Source: an uncultured bacterium (lineage in GTDB: Bacteria; Chloroflexota; UBA5177; JANWHV01). From it: DNA of 64,000 nucleotides. Positions 19,240 to 29,300 of the stretch are shown here, piece by piece (the first letter of the stretch is position 1; each line of letters begins with the position of its first letter). The notes under the pieces are model-generated. The model saw nothing but the letters and a program-made list of their open reading frames with translations. It did no database searches and had not been told where the DNA came from. A program made the position numbers and the translations under genes. Where the stretch lies: NCBI GenBank assembly GCA_963827235.1, contig CAWHAE010000010.1:320001-384000 (forward strand), in the 5' to 3' direction.

Positions 19240-20305
19240 GTGACGGCCGGCGATGCCATCTGGCTGGCCCATGGTGGCAACGCCTTTGATGCGGCCTACG
19301 ACCCGGCGCCGACCAGCGCGACGTACGCGGCGGCAGCCGATCTGTTCCCGGTGGGCAATATCCTCTTGGTGCCGGCCTTGTTGCTCGGCGTGCCCGCCGT
19401 CCTGTACACGCCTTGGGCGTACTGGCGGCGGCCCCATCGCGGGCCCACTGCCGGGACCCGGCGGGAGCAGCGGCTGGCGCGCGGCTTGGAGCTGGGCGCT
19501 GTCGTGGCGGCAGCGAGTCTGGCCGTGCTGGCGCCGGTGGTCGCCACGGTCGCCGACCCGTCGCTAAGCCTACCTGCATCCTCGACGGGGCTCCGGCTGG
19601 CGTTGCTGGACGGCGGCCTGGTGCTCGCGGTCGTCCTGGTCACTACGGGCTTCGCCTTGGATCTGCGCGGTACCCGCTGGGCCAGACAAGGGCGGGTGCT
19701 GCTCTGGATCGGGACGAGCGCCTTGACCGTGGCGAGCCTCCTGGACTCGTGGGCCGGCACGAGCCTCAGTGGCACGACGGGCAGGTACGTGGCCCGCTCC
19801 TTCGCTGACCCGACCGCCTATGGCGGCGTGCTCGACCACTGCGTGGGGGCCGGGAGCTTCGTGCCAGCCGCAGCGACCGCGGCACCGCTGTTGGCGGTCG
19901 TGGTCGAGCACGGGCATGGAGTTGCCGACATGCGGGCCGATTCGTCGCACTACAAGCGGGGCGCAGACGCGCTTGCAAGCGCGAATCAGGAGAACAGGTT
20001 GCGCAGCAACATGCGAGAACCAGCGCCCAGAGCGTGCTGGACCGAGGAGTGCGGTTGAGGCAAGGAGCCTGGCCTTGCTGGAGCACTGGGACGGCTTGGG
20101 TTGGCGGGTGGTAGCGGGTCCCAAGGTCGCAGATGCCTCCAACAGCCTGGCCGGCGTGACGGCGGTATCGGCCCATGATATCTGAGCCGTCGGGTCGAGC
20201 ATGCAGACTCCGCAGCAGTCGGGCTCCTGCCGCGGCGGACCGTGCCCCACGCGGACGCTGATCGAGCACTGGGACGGCATGCGCTGGAGCATCCTCCTGA
20301 GCTAA
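19240..20305 (+). pseudogene. Degraded membrane protein with HWDG-type repeat remnant
   Basis: TM-rich ORF 19240-20058, then in another frame 'LLEHWDG..LAGVTAVSAHDI*AVG..LIEHWDGMRWS' with TGA at 20183 where W is expected. Confidence 0.55.
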
Positions 20306-20367
20306 AGCGATGCCACGTCGAGATCTACATGCCTCGCACGGCGCTGGGACCGCGGCCGTCTGTGTTC

Positions 20368-20421
20368 TTGACAACTCGCGATTCCGTGCTAAACTAGACT
20401 CAGAGATAGAACGTATGTGCT
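20368..20421 (+). promoter_or_regulatory. Sigma70-type promoter with a LexA-box-like site
   Basis: TTGACA(20368)-16 nt-TAAACT with a TG extension; AGAAC-GTAT-GTGCT at 20408-20421. Confidence 0.5.
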
Positions 20422-20835
20422 ACTATCTGCGACACCGGCACCAATGGACGGCGAGCATACCCGTTGGCTCGCGCGCGCCCGCACCGTTGCTCGACGAGTT
20501 GGATGGACCACGCTGGACTGTGCCCGCCGCGCCGGCACGGACCCCTGCCCACCGCCGCCGAACACCGCTGCGCCCGGCTGCACCGCTTGCGCCCGCGCCG
20601 GCCGCCCGCGCTACGGCTGCCCGCGCACTCACGCTGCCGGCCCACGCGGCGCCGTGGATCTCAGATGGTTGCAAATGCTTGTAAATGCTTGTCAGGAACT
20701 TGTCCCGCTGACGCATCCTACTGCTTGCTTATGCTAAGACGGCCCTGGGATCGTGCGTCGTAGCGCAGTTCCAGCTGCACACTCTATTGCGGGTCTGCAG
20801 GTTGGTCCCACTGCCGTGCGACGACGCGTATCGCA

Positions 20836-21924
20836 TCACGGTGCCGGAAACGGCAGCGGGATGGCGTACAGCTTAGCCACCGCGACCAGCCCGCGCGCAA
20901 CTTCCAGGTCGAGACGGACGCCATCGCGCAGCGATCGCTCCATGGTCCGATGCTCTCTCTCGCCGGCAACAAGGATCTCCACCTCCGACTCGGCCCGGGC
21001 GGTGCCCTTGACGCGCAGTATCAAATCCGTGAGCCGGCGCCTAAAAGACGCCGGCTCGTCGAAGGCGGCGATGTTGACTGCCATGAAGAACTGCCCCAGG
21101 TCGCTGGCTCTACTGCCGCGGGCTCGCTGGATGAGCGGCCCGTAGAGTGAGCCCGGCAGCACGGCGCTCAGTATCTCCACCGCCATCGCCAGCCCGTAGC
21201 CCTTGTAGCCGGAGGTAATCGCCAGGCCGCCAAGGGGTAGCAGGCCGCCCGCCAAGCCCTCCTCGGGCGAGTCCGTGGGCCGGCCCTCAGCGTCCAGCGC
21301 CCAGCCGGCAGCCAGCCGCTCACCCCGGCGGCGCGCCACCTCAAGTCTGCCCTGTGGCACCACGGATGTCGCCACGTCCAACACGAAGGCAGGGATGCCT
21401 TCCGTAGGCGCAGCAATGGCGATGGGATTGGTGCCCAGGGCCGGCTGCTTCCCACCGGTGGGCACGACCAGCGGAGGGCTGTTCGTCAGCGAGACGCCAA
21501 TCTGGTCGTGCTCGAGCGCCATCATCGCGTAGTAGCCGGCCATTCCGTAGTGGTTCGAGTGGCGGACGGTCACGATACCGACGTCATGCGCCGCCGCCAT
21601 CTCGATAGCCTGCCGCATGGCGTGCACGCCAGCCGGATGGCCCATACCGTTGCGTGCGTCCAGCACGGTGGTGGCGGCCGACCGGCGCACGACTACCGGC
21701 TGCGCCGTGGCGTCGATCGCCCTCATCTCGATCATGGTGGCGTACCATTTGAGGAGTCCGACGCCGTGCGAAGCAATGCCGCGCATGTCGGCGGCAAGCA
21801 GGACGCGGGCGGTCGTCTCCGCATCATCGCTGCTTTGACCGGCGGCATGCAGTACTCGCGCGGCGAACGCCTGCAACTCGCCGGCAGCCACGCGGATCGA
21901 GGCAGCGTCAGCGAACGAGTCCAT
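20836..21924 (-). CDS. Ldh_2 family (type-2 malate/L-lactate dehydrogenase-like) oxidoreductase
   Basis: 'ADMRGIASHG', 'SNHYGMAGYY', 'LGTNPIA', 'GYKGYGLA'. Confidence 0.92.
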   Translation of the reverse strand: MDSFADAASIRVAAGELQAFAARVLHAAGQSSDDAETTARVLLAADMRGIASHGVGLLKWYATMIEMRAIDATAQPVVVRRSAATTVLDARNGMGHPAGVHAMRQAIEMAAAHDVGIVTVRHSNHYGMAGYYAMMALEHDQIGVSLTNSPPLVVPTGGKQPALGTNPIAIAAPTEGIPAFVLDVATSVVPQGRLEVARRRGERLAAGWALDAEGRPTDSPEEGLAGGLLPLGGLAITSGYKGYGLAMAVEILSAVLPGSLYGPLIQRARGSRASDLGQFFMAVNIAAFDEPASFRRRLTDLILRVKGTARAESEVEILVAGEREHRTMERSLRDGVRLDLEVARGLVAVAKLYAIPLPFPAP

Positions 21925-22506
21925 CTTCTTCCCTTCTTCGCCTTGATTCCGACACTACTTTGTGAGATTCAATCCGATCGCTTCGCCGCAGGATGGCCGC
22001 ACACGGTGACCTTCGTACATATATCGGACCAGTTATCGGCATCCGTTCATTTTTGGGGGCGCCGCCGCGGGCATCGTGCCCGACGCAAGCCAGGTATCGG
22101 CCGCACTGCGCTCCTCGCTCTTGTGGCCCAGACGTATCGGACGCACCACTCAGTTCGGAGCTCCGGTCGCCGACGTTTCCTGCCACACTGAAGGCGATTC
22201 TACCAGGCTTTCCTAGTCCTCATGTATTTGCACGCGCACCAATACGGTATATCCTACGGTTGGTAAATCGGCGTTTGCCGGCTGGGAGGGTCCTGCTCAA
22301 GCCCGGGATGTCGCGTTGGTATCATGCCACGGACTGGGCCGGCACCAGCTTGAGAATGAAGCCGGCGCTGATCGGATTTCTGACTGCCGCCTGGGAACGT
22401 TCTCGGCCAAGCCTAGATTGGGATCGCTGCGCACATCGAAAATGCCCGGACCGTACCGTATGCCGGAATCGTCGTGCCAAGCCAAAGTACAGTTTGCGAG
22501 GCTCCA

Positions 22507-25218
22507 ATGGCGTGTCTGCATGAAGACGAGAGCCGCTCAGTTGCTGGGCGAGATGATGCGCTCGATGCCGCCCTCTCTGTCGAAGAAGCGCGTGAGGAGC
22601 TGATCGCGTACTGGAAGGCACGCCTAGCCGGGGCGCCGGCATTGCTCGAGCTTCCTGCCGACCATCCGCGCAGTGCTCTACCTTCCGGCCCGAGGGCAAC
22701 TGTTCGCTTCGAGATCCCAGAGGGGATGCTCAACCAGGTTCGGGCCCTCGCGAGCGACAACGAAGCTACCCTGTTCATGACGCTGCTGGCGGCATTCGAC
22801 GTGGTGCTCGCGCGCTATAGCGGACAGACGGACGTGTGCGTCTTCGTGGCAGAGAGAGCTCGGGGCGGGATTTGCTGCCCGCCGGAACAGAGGGATACCG
22901 TCGCTACCAACACGCTCGTCTTCCGGCTAGACCTGGAGGGGAATCCCAGCTTTCTCGCGCTGCTGAGCCGCGTTCGCGAGCAGCTCCTGAGCGACGTGAA
23001 GCATCCGGGGCTATCTCTCGCGCAGCTGGTGGAGACACTACGTCCCCAGCTGAGTCCGGCGTACAATCCGCTCGCGCAGGTGCTCGTCATCATGCATGGC
23101 ATGCCGGCATCCGGCTCGGCGACGACGGGCGTGGAACAGCAATCCTCGCAGCCTGACCTGGACGTAGCCAGGCTCGATCTCGTGCTGCGCCTCACAGAGA
23201 CGGCGACCGGGATCGCGGCGGAGCTGGACTATGCCACCGATCTGTTCGAGCACGCGGCGATCGAGCGACTGGCGGCGCATTTTACGATCCTTCTGGGCGG
23301 GATCATCGCCGAGCCGGACAAGCCGATCTGCACGCTGCCGCTGATGACGCCCGTGGAGCGCCATCACGTGCTCATCGAGTGGAATCAGACTGCCAGCCCC
23401 TATCCATCCGAGAGCTGCCTGCACCAGTTGTTCGAAGAGCAGGTGGAACGCACGCCAGAGTCTGTCGCGCTCGTCTTTGGCGGCGAGCAGCTGTCCTATC
23501 GACAACTCGACGAGCGGGGCAATCAACTGGCATTCCGACTCCGGGAGCTCGGGGTTGGTCCAGAGGTTCTCGTCGGACTGTTCATGCAACGGTCGGTCGA
23601 GGCGTTCGTGTCGGTGATCGGCATTCTCAAGGCAGGCGGTGTATGTGTTCCCTTCGACCCTGGCAACCCGGCTGAACGCCTGGCACGCCTGATGGGCGAT
23701 GCGCGGCCGGCCGTCGTGCTCACGCATCGCAGCCTCGCTCACCAGCTTCCCGATCACTCGGCCGCAACCGTCTTCCTCGACGACCGGCTCGCCGACAGCA
23801 CGCTCTCTAGTGGCCGGCGCGTTCAAAGCGGCGTCACATCGCGGAATCTCGCCTACGTGTTCTTCACTTCGGGCTCGACCGGTAAGCCCAAGGGAGTGAT
23901 GCTGCGGCACAGCGGTCTCTGCAACATGGCGACAAGCCTTTCCGAGATGCTCGGGACCGGAACGTCGAGTCGAGTCTCGCAGCTCGCTTCACTCAGCTTC
24001 GTCGCTTCGCTCTGTGAGATATTCTCGGCACTGTCAAAAGGTGCGACTCTCGTCGCGGCCACACCGGACGAAAACCAGCCGGGACTGCCTTTGTGGCGCT
24101 TTCTGCAGCGACAGTCCGTCTCGATGGCGACGTTTGTGCCGTCTGCCCTGGCGGTCATGCCATCCGACCCGTTGCCCGAGCTCGATACGATAACCGTCAT
24201 GGGCGAGAGGTGTCCCGCGGATCTCGTGCGACGGTGGTCTTCCGGCCGCCGATTCTTCATCGGCTACGGCGCGACCGAGGTCAGCGGCCGCGCGATCATG
24301 TGGCAGGCATCGGCCGCCGCCGAGGCTCCGTTGATCGGCCGGCCGCTGCACAACGTTCGCGCATATGTGATGGACGAGTATGGCCAGCCCGTGCCTGCAG
24401 GTCACACCGGCGAGCTCTATGTCGGCGGCCCGGGAGTGGCACGCGGCTACCTGAATCACGACGAGCTCTCGGCTGAGCGCTTCGTCGCCGATCCGTACTG
24501 CGACGTGCCCGGATCGCGACTCTGCCGGGTCGGCGATCTCGTTCGCTATCGGCCGGACGGCAACCTTGAGTATCTGGGTCGAGCCGACCAGCAAGTAAAG
24601 CTGCGTGGTTATCGAATCGAGCTCGGCGAGATATCGGCTGCCTTGCTCGAGCATCCGAGTGTGGCCAGCTGCGCGATAACCACATATGAATTCGCACCGG
24701 GCAGTCCGGACCTCGTGGCGTACGTGGTCGCCCGCTCGGAGCCGCCGCCATCGGCACAAGCTTTGCGCGACTTCTTGCTGCAGAAGTTACCCGTGTTCAT
24801 GGTGCCGGCGAGGTACATGTATCTGGCGGTACTTCCCTTCACCCCAAACGGGAAACTCGATCGCCCGGCGCTTCCACAGCCGGACGAATCGGAGCCGGCG
24901 GGTTCCGGCACGTACGTGCCTCCGCGCACGGAGCTAGAGGAGCACGTGGCCCACGTCTTCGCGGAAGTCCTCGGCCTGGATCGGATCGGGAGAGACGACG
25001 ACTTCTTCCGGCTCGGCGGTCATTCGTTGCTAGCGGCGCGCGCGATGGCAAGGCTCAGCGATTTGTATGGACTGGAGATTCCGCTGGACGTTCTGTTTAC
25101 GCATCCTACGCTTGGCGCGTTCGCAGAGTATGTCGACGCAGTGGCATGGGTACAGGCGCAGGCTTCGTCAAACTCGACGAGCGCCGGCGGTGCAGGACGG
25201 GTCGAGGAGACCATATGA
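22507..25218 (+). CDS. Monomodular NRPS-like protein: partial C domain - A - PCP - C-terminal docking peptide
   Basis: 'YWKARLAG.P.LLELPADHPR' with no HHxxxDG; A3 'TSGSTGKPKG'; A8 'GRADQQVKLRGYRIELGEI'; A10 'NGKLDR'; PCP 'FFRLGGHSL'; ends 'GRVEETI'. Confidence 0.9.
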   Translation: MACLHEDESRSVAGRDDALDAALSVEEAREELIAYWKARLAGAPALLELPADHPRSALPSGPRATVRFEIPEGMLNQVRALASDNEATLFMTLLAAFDVVLARYSGQTDVCVFVAERARGGICCPPEQRDTVATNTLVFRLDLEGNPSFLALLSRVREQLLSDVKHPGLSLAQLVETLRPQLSPAYNPLAQVLVIMHGMPASGSATTGVEQQSSQPDLDVARLDLVLRLTETATGIAAELDYATDLFEHAAIERLAAHFTILLGGIIAEPDKPICTLPLMTPVERHHVLIEWNQTASPYPSESCLHQLFEEQVERTPESVALVFGGEQLSYRQLDERGNQLAFRLRELGVGPEVLVGLFMQRSVEAFVSVIGILKAGGVCVPFDPGNPAERLARLMGDARPAVVLTHRSLAHQLPDHSAATVFLDDRLADSTLSSGRRVQSGVTSRNLAYVFFTSGSTGKPKGVMLRHSGLCNMATSLSEMLGTGTSSRVSQLASLSFVASLCEIFSALSKGATLVAATPDENQPGLPLWRFLQRQSVSMATFVPSALAVMPSDPLPELDTITVMGERCPADLVRRWSSGRRFFIGYGATEVSGRAIMWQASAAAEAPLIGRPLHNVRAYVMDEYGQPVPAGHTGELYVGGPGVARGYLNHDELSAERFVADPYCDVPGSRLCRVGDLVRYRPDGNLEYLGRADQQVKLRGYRIELGEISAALLEHPSVASCAITTYEFAPGSPDLVAYVVARSEPPPSAQALRDFLLQKLPVFMVPARYMYLAVLPFTPNGKLDRPALPQPDESEPAGSGTYVPPRTELEEHVAHVFAEVLGLDRIGRDDDFFRLGGHSLLAARAMARLSDLYGLEIPLDVLFTHPTLGAFAEYVDAVAWVQAQASSNSTSAGGAGRVEETI

Positions 25219-26324
25219 CGCCGTTGGCGCCGGCCGATCTCGACCTTCTGACGCGACTGCGCCAGGCCGACATCAGGCTCTCGGTGGACGGTGAGAGCCT
25301 TCGCGTGAGCGCGCCGGCCGGCGCCGTTACGCCGGAGCTACGCGCCGAACTGGCCCAGCACAAGGCAGAGCTGCTCGCGTTCCTCCGCTCGACCGGTGGC
25401 GAAGGCACGAACCAAGGCGGGCGAGCGCCAATAGTTGAGATTCAGCACGGCGCGGGCAAGGCCCCCTTCTTCTTCCTGCATGGCGACTTCACCGGCGGCG
25501 GATACTACGCACACAGACTCGCGCGCGGCCTCGGCCCGGATCGGCCCTACTACGCGCTGCAGCCCCATGGACTAGACAGCGAAGACCTCCCACGCACCAT
25601 GGAGGCGATGGCGGCGTCGTTCGTCAAGCCGCTGCTTGGAGTGCGGCGGGAGGGGCCGCTGTTGCTCGGCGGGTACTGTGCCGGGGCATGGGTAGCTCTG
25701 GAGCTGGCCCGGCTCTTGACGGCGCGCGGAGAGAACGTGGAGCTCGTCGTCGTCCTGGATCCGCCCATTCAACCGCCGCTCCGAATTCGTCTCGTAAGAA
25801 GGTTGGTCGCTGGAATCGGTGCCGTATTGCGCATCTCTCCGGAGCGCCAGCTGAACGTCTATCTGGCGCTCTGGCGGCGTTATGGAAGGGGGCCCGCGGC
25901 GGCTCGGGGTCATGCGGAGCATCCAGAAGGCCGAGCTCCGTGGCACCGCGCTCTCGACCTGGTGCTGGCGCGACTCTGTGACGCCCCAGGGAATAGCCAG
26001 GGCCGCGCAACGCTGGCTGGGAAAGCCGCGCTGGATAACACCGACATGGGAGCCAAATACGTTTGGGTCCGGGCCCGCTATCGACCCCGAGTGTACGACG
26101 GCCGCGTCACGCTTCTCCAATTCTCGGATCGACCGGTTCGCTACCTGGAGCGACAGGAGAGGTGGTGGCGGTCCCTGGCCCGGCATCTCGAAATCCGCAC
26201 GGTCCCTGGGGATCACGATACCTCGATCACGCAGCACAACGCAGTGCTCGCGGAGCAGCTCCGACTCTGCCTCGAGGAACGATCTCAACCGCCGGCAGGC
26301 GAGCACACGCATCGCGGCGGTTGA
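25215..26324 (+). CDS. Stand-alone thioesterase with TubC_N docking domain and Cys nucleophile
   Basis: N-terminal 'LRQADIRLSVDGESLRVSAPAGAVTPELRAELAQHKAELLAFL'; 'GGYCAG', 'VLDPP', 'PGDH'; ATGA overlap with the NRPS stop. Confidence 0.85.
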   Translation: MTPLAPADLDLLTRLRQADIRLSVDGESLRVSAPAGAVTPELRAELAQHKAELLAFLRSTGGEGTNQGGRAPIVEIQHGAGKAPFFFLHGDFTGGGYYAHRLARGLGPDRPYYALQPHGLDSEDLPRTMEAMAASFVKPLLGVRREGPLLLGGYCAGAWVALELARLLTARGENVELVVVLDPPIQPPLRIRLVRRLVAGIGAVLRISPERQLNVYLALWRRYGRGPAAARGHAEHPEGRAPWHRALDLVLARLCDAPGNSQGRATLAGKAALDNTDMGAKYVWVRARYRPRVYDGRVTLLQFSDRPVRYLERQERWWRSLARHLEIRTVPGDHDTSITQHNAVLAEQLRLCLEERSQPPAGEHTHRGG

Positions 26325-26390
26325 CGACGCACGCACCTGGCGGCCTGTCGGAGAGATGGTGCAGAACGTGATGAACTCGGAGTCGGTCAA

Positions 26391-29300
26391 CTACGCCGAG
26401 TCCCGCACCACCAGGGTGGTGGGAATCGCTCTGTGCGTGTGCGTTTGCGGATCGCCCTCGATGTGTTGCAGGAGCAATCCGGCTGCCAGCTGACCGGTTT
26501 CGTAGGCAGGCGCGCGAACGGTGGTGAGGGCCGGCTCGACAATCTCCGCCTCGTCGATGTCGTCGTACCCGACAACGGCCACGTCCTGAGGTATACGCAC
26601 ACCGCGCCGGCGTAGCGCCCGCATGGCGCCGATAGCCATCAGGTCGTTGGCCGCGCAGACTGCGTCGAAATCGAGACCGCCATCGAGCAAGGTGCGCATC
26701 GCCTGCTCTCCGCCTGCACACTTGAAGTCGGCCTCGACGAGAAGCCGCTGATTGACCGAGACACCGAACTGCCGGTGCGCGGCCAGATAGCCGGAATACC
26801 GGCGTGCGGAGGCCAGTGTGTCGGCCAGACCGCCGATGAACGCTATGTGGCGCCGGCCTTGCCGCAGCAGGTGCTGAACGGCCTGCTCAACTCCGCCGAC
26901 GTCGTCGAGATATATCGACGCCATCTCGACAGTGCCGATCGCAGAGCTGATCACGACGGCCGGCATGTCGTGGCCGGCAAGAGACAGTACATCATCCGTG
27001 GTCAGTCGAAACGGAAAGTAGATAACGCCGGCAGCCAGCTGGAGCGCACTCTCTTCGAGGAAGTAGGCCTCCTTGCCGGCCTCGGCGTCGGTGCTGCCGA
27101 TCATTACGTGGAGGCCGCGTGAGGTGATCGTGTCCTCGACTCCGCGCGCCATCGCAGCGTAGAAGTGATTCGCGACGTCGGGCACGATCACCGAGACCAT
27201 GTGACTGCGTCGTGTTCCCTGGATACGCTCCGAGCCATCTCGCCGATGGTTGCGCGTGGGTGCCGGCTCCTCGACGGGCAGCGGTGTCACCGGAGTGGCG
27301 ACAATTGGGAGACGCAGGCGAAACGTGCTGCCCTGGGGGCCGGTGGATTCGAGATCTACCTCACCGTTCATCGCCCGGGCGAAGCTGCGGGCCAGGTAAA
27401 GCCCCAGACCGGTGCCCACGCGGCCGGCGCGCATCCGGCTGCCGGGCACGCGACCAAACCGGGTGAACAGTTGCTGCCGGCCTTCTTCCGAGACGCCGGT
27501 ACCGAAGTCTCGCACGCCGAGGACGGCGTGGGAGCCTTGCTGGGCCCAGACTACACGAATCGGAGATCCTTCCGGTGAGTACTTGGCCGCATTGTCGATC
27601 AGATTGAGCAGAATCTGCACGGCCGCGATCGGGATCGGCCAGCACCTGCAGGTCGGCCGGGCCTTCGAGATCGATCCTCTGGCCTGGATAGTTCGTGCGA
27701 ATCTCCTCGGCCGCGCGGCCGGCGAGGCTGCCGAGGGCTACGGGCTCCGTCTTGGCCACGATGGCGCCCATCTCCAGGCGACTGAGCAGCAGGAGCTCCT
27801 CGACCAGTCGCTTCTGCCGGTTTGCCGAGGCGACGATGTGATGCAGCATTTTCAGGCGATCCGGATCTCCCAGCCTGCTCCACTGCATCTCCAGCAGCTC
27901 GGCGTAGCCGACGATGGCCGTGAGCGGGGAGCGCAACTCATGACTCACCGTGGCCACGAAGTTGCTGCGCAGCTGCGCCAGGTCCTCGGCGACGGCTGCC
28001 TGGTGGGCGAGGATCTCCTCAGCGCGTTTCAGCTTTGTGATGTCTCGCGAGATCCCCACCAGTCCGACGAAGCGGCCGTCACGCATGATAGGCACTTTCG
28101 TGGACTGGAGCCAGCACGGCCGGTGCGCCACGGCGGCGAGATCCTCCAGCATGCCAATCTGGGGCTGCCCAGTGCGCATGATCTCCTGCTCTGCGTCATA
28201 GATGACCTGGGCAAACTCGCGCGGATAGAAATCAAAGTCAGTCTTACCAATCTCCTGTGCCGGATCTCGATGGCCGACAAAGCTGGCGTGGGCCTGGTTG
28301 GCCCGGATGATTCGCGACTGGCGATCCTTGAAGTAGATGAAGTCCGGCATCGCGTCGAGCAGCGTTTGCAGCAACTGCTCGCTCTCGCGAAGCGCAGCCT
28401 CGGCCCGTACGCGCTCCGTGACGTCTGTGAACACCACCGCGAACTGACCAGGTGCTGGCCGGAATAGGACGAGGTCGTAGTGGCGCCCCAGCTGCTGCTC
28501 ATGGCGCTGGTACGATACCGGATCGCCGGTCAGCACCACATGGCCGGCCACCTCGATCAAGTGCTGCTCGATGGCTGGCTCCAACTGCTTGACGGTCTTG
28601 CCTATTAGCTCGGCGGCTCGTGCACCTGTTATCCGCTCATAGGCAGGGTTGATCTCCAGAAACCGGAAGTCGGCAGGGTTGCCGGCGTCGTCATAGATCA
28701 TCTCGTGCAGGGCAAAGGCCGCGGTCATATGCTCAAACAGCAAGCGATACTTGCGCTCGCTCCGGCGCAGTGCCTCCTCTGCCGCCTTGCGCGCGCTGAT
28801 GTCTTCGACCACGACCACGAAATAGGCCGGAGCACCCGCGCCGTCGCGGACCAGCGATGCCGTGCGATTGACCCAGACAGGGAGTCCCCGCTTGTGTATA
28901 CAGCGCTTCTCGGTACTTACCGACGGGAGCCGGCCTGCCAGAAGGTCGTGCCGGAGCACCAGGTCGGATCCCACGTCTTCGGCGTAGGTGATCTCCTCAA
29001 ATCCTCGCTGCAACAACTCCTCAGCCGTGTAGCCCACGATGGCGCACAGCCGCTGGTTAACGAGCATGAAGCGCCCATCAAGCGCCACGAGGGCGAGGCC
29101 GACCGCGGCCTGCTCGAAAGTGGCCCTGAACCTCCGTTCGCTCTCAGCGAGGGCCGTTTCCGCCTGGTGTAGCGCGGTAATGTCGCGCGTGATGCCCACA
29201 AGACCGGTCACGCTGCCGTCGCGCACGATCGGCATCTTGGTCGCCAGGAGCCAGTACGTCTGAGAACCTTGCACCAACTCCTCGAGCTTGTTGATGCTCG

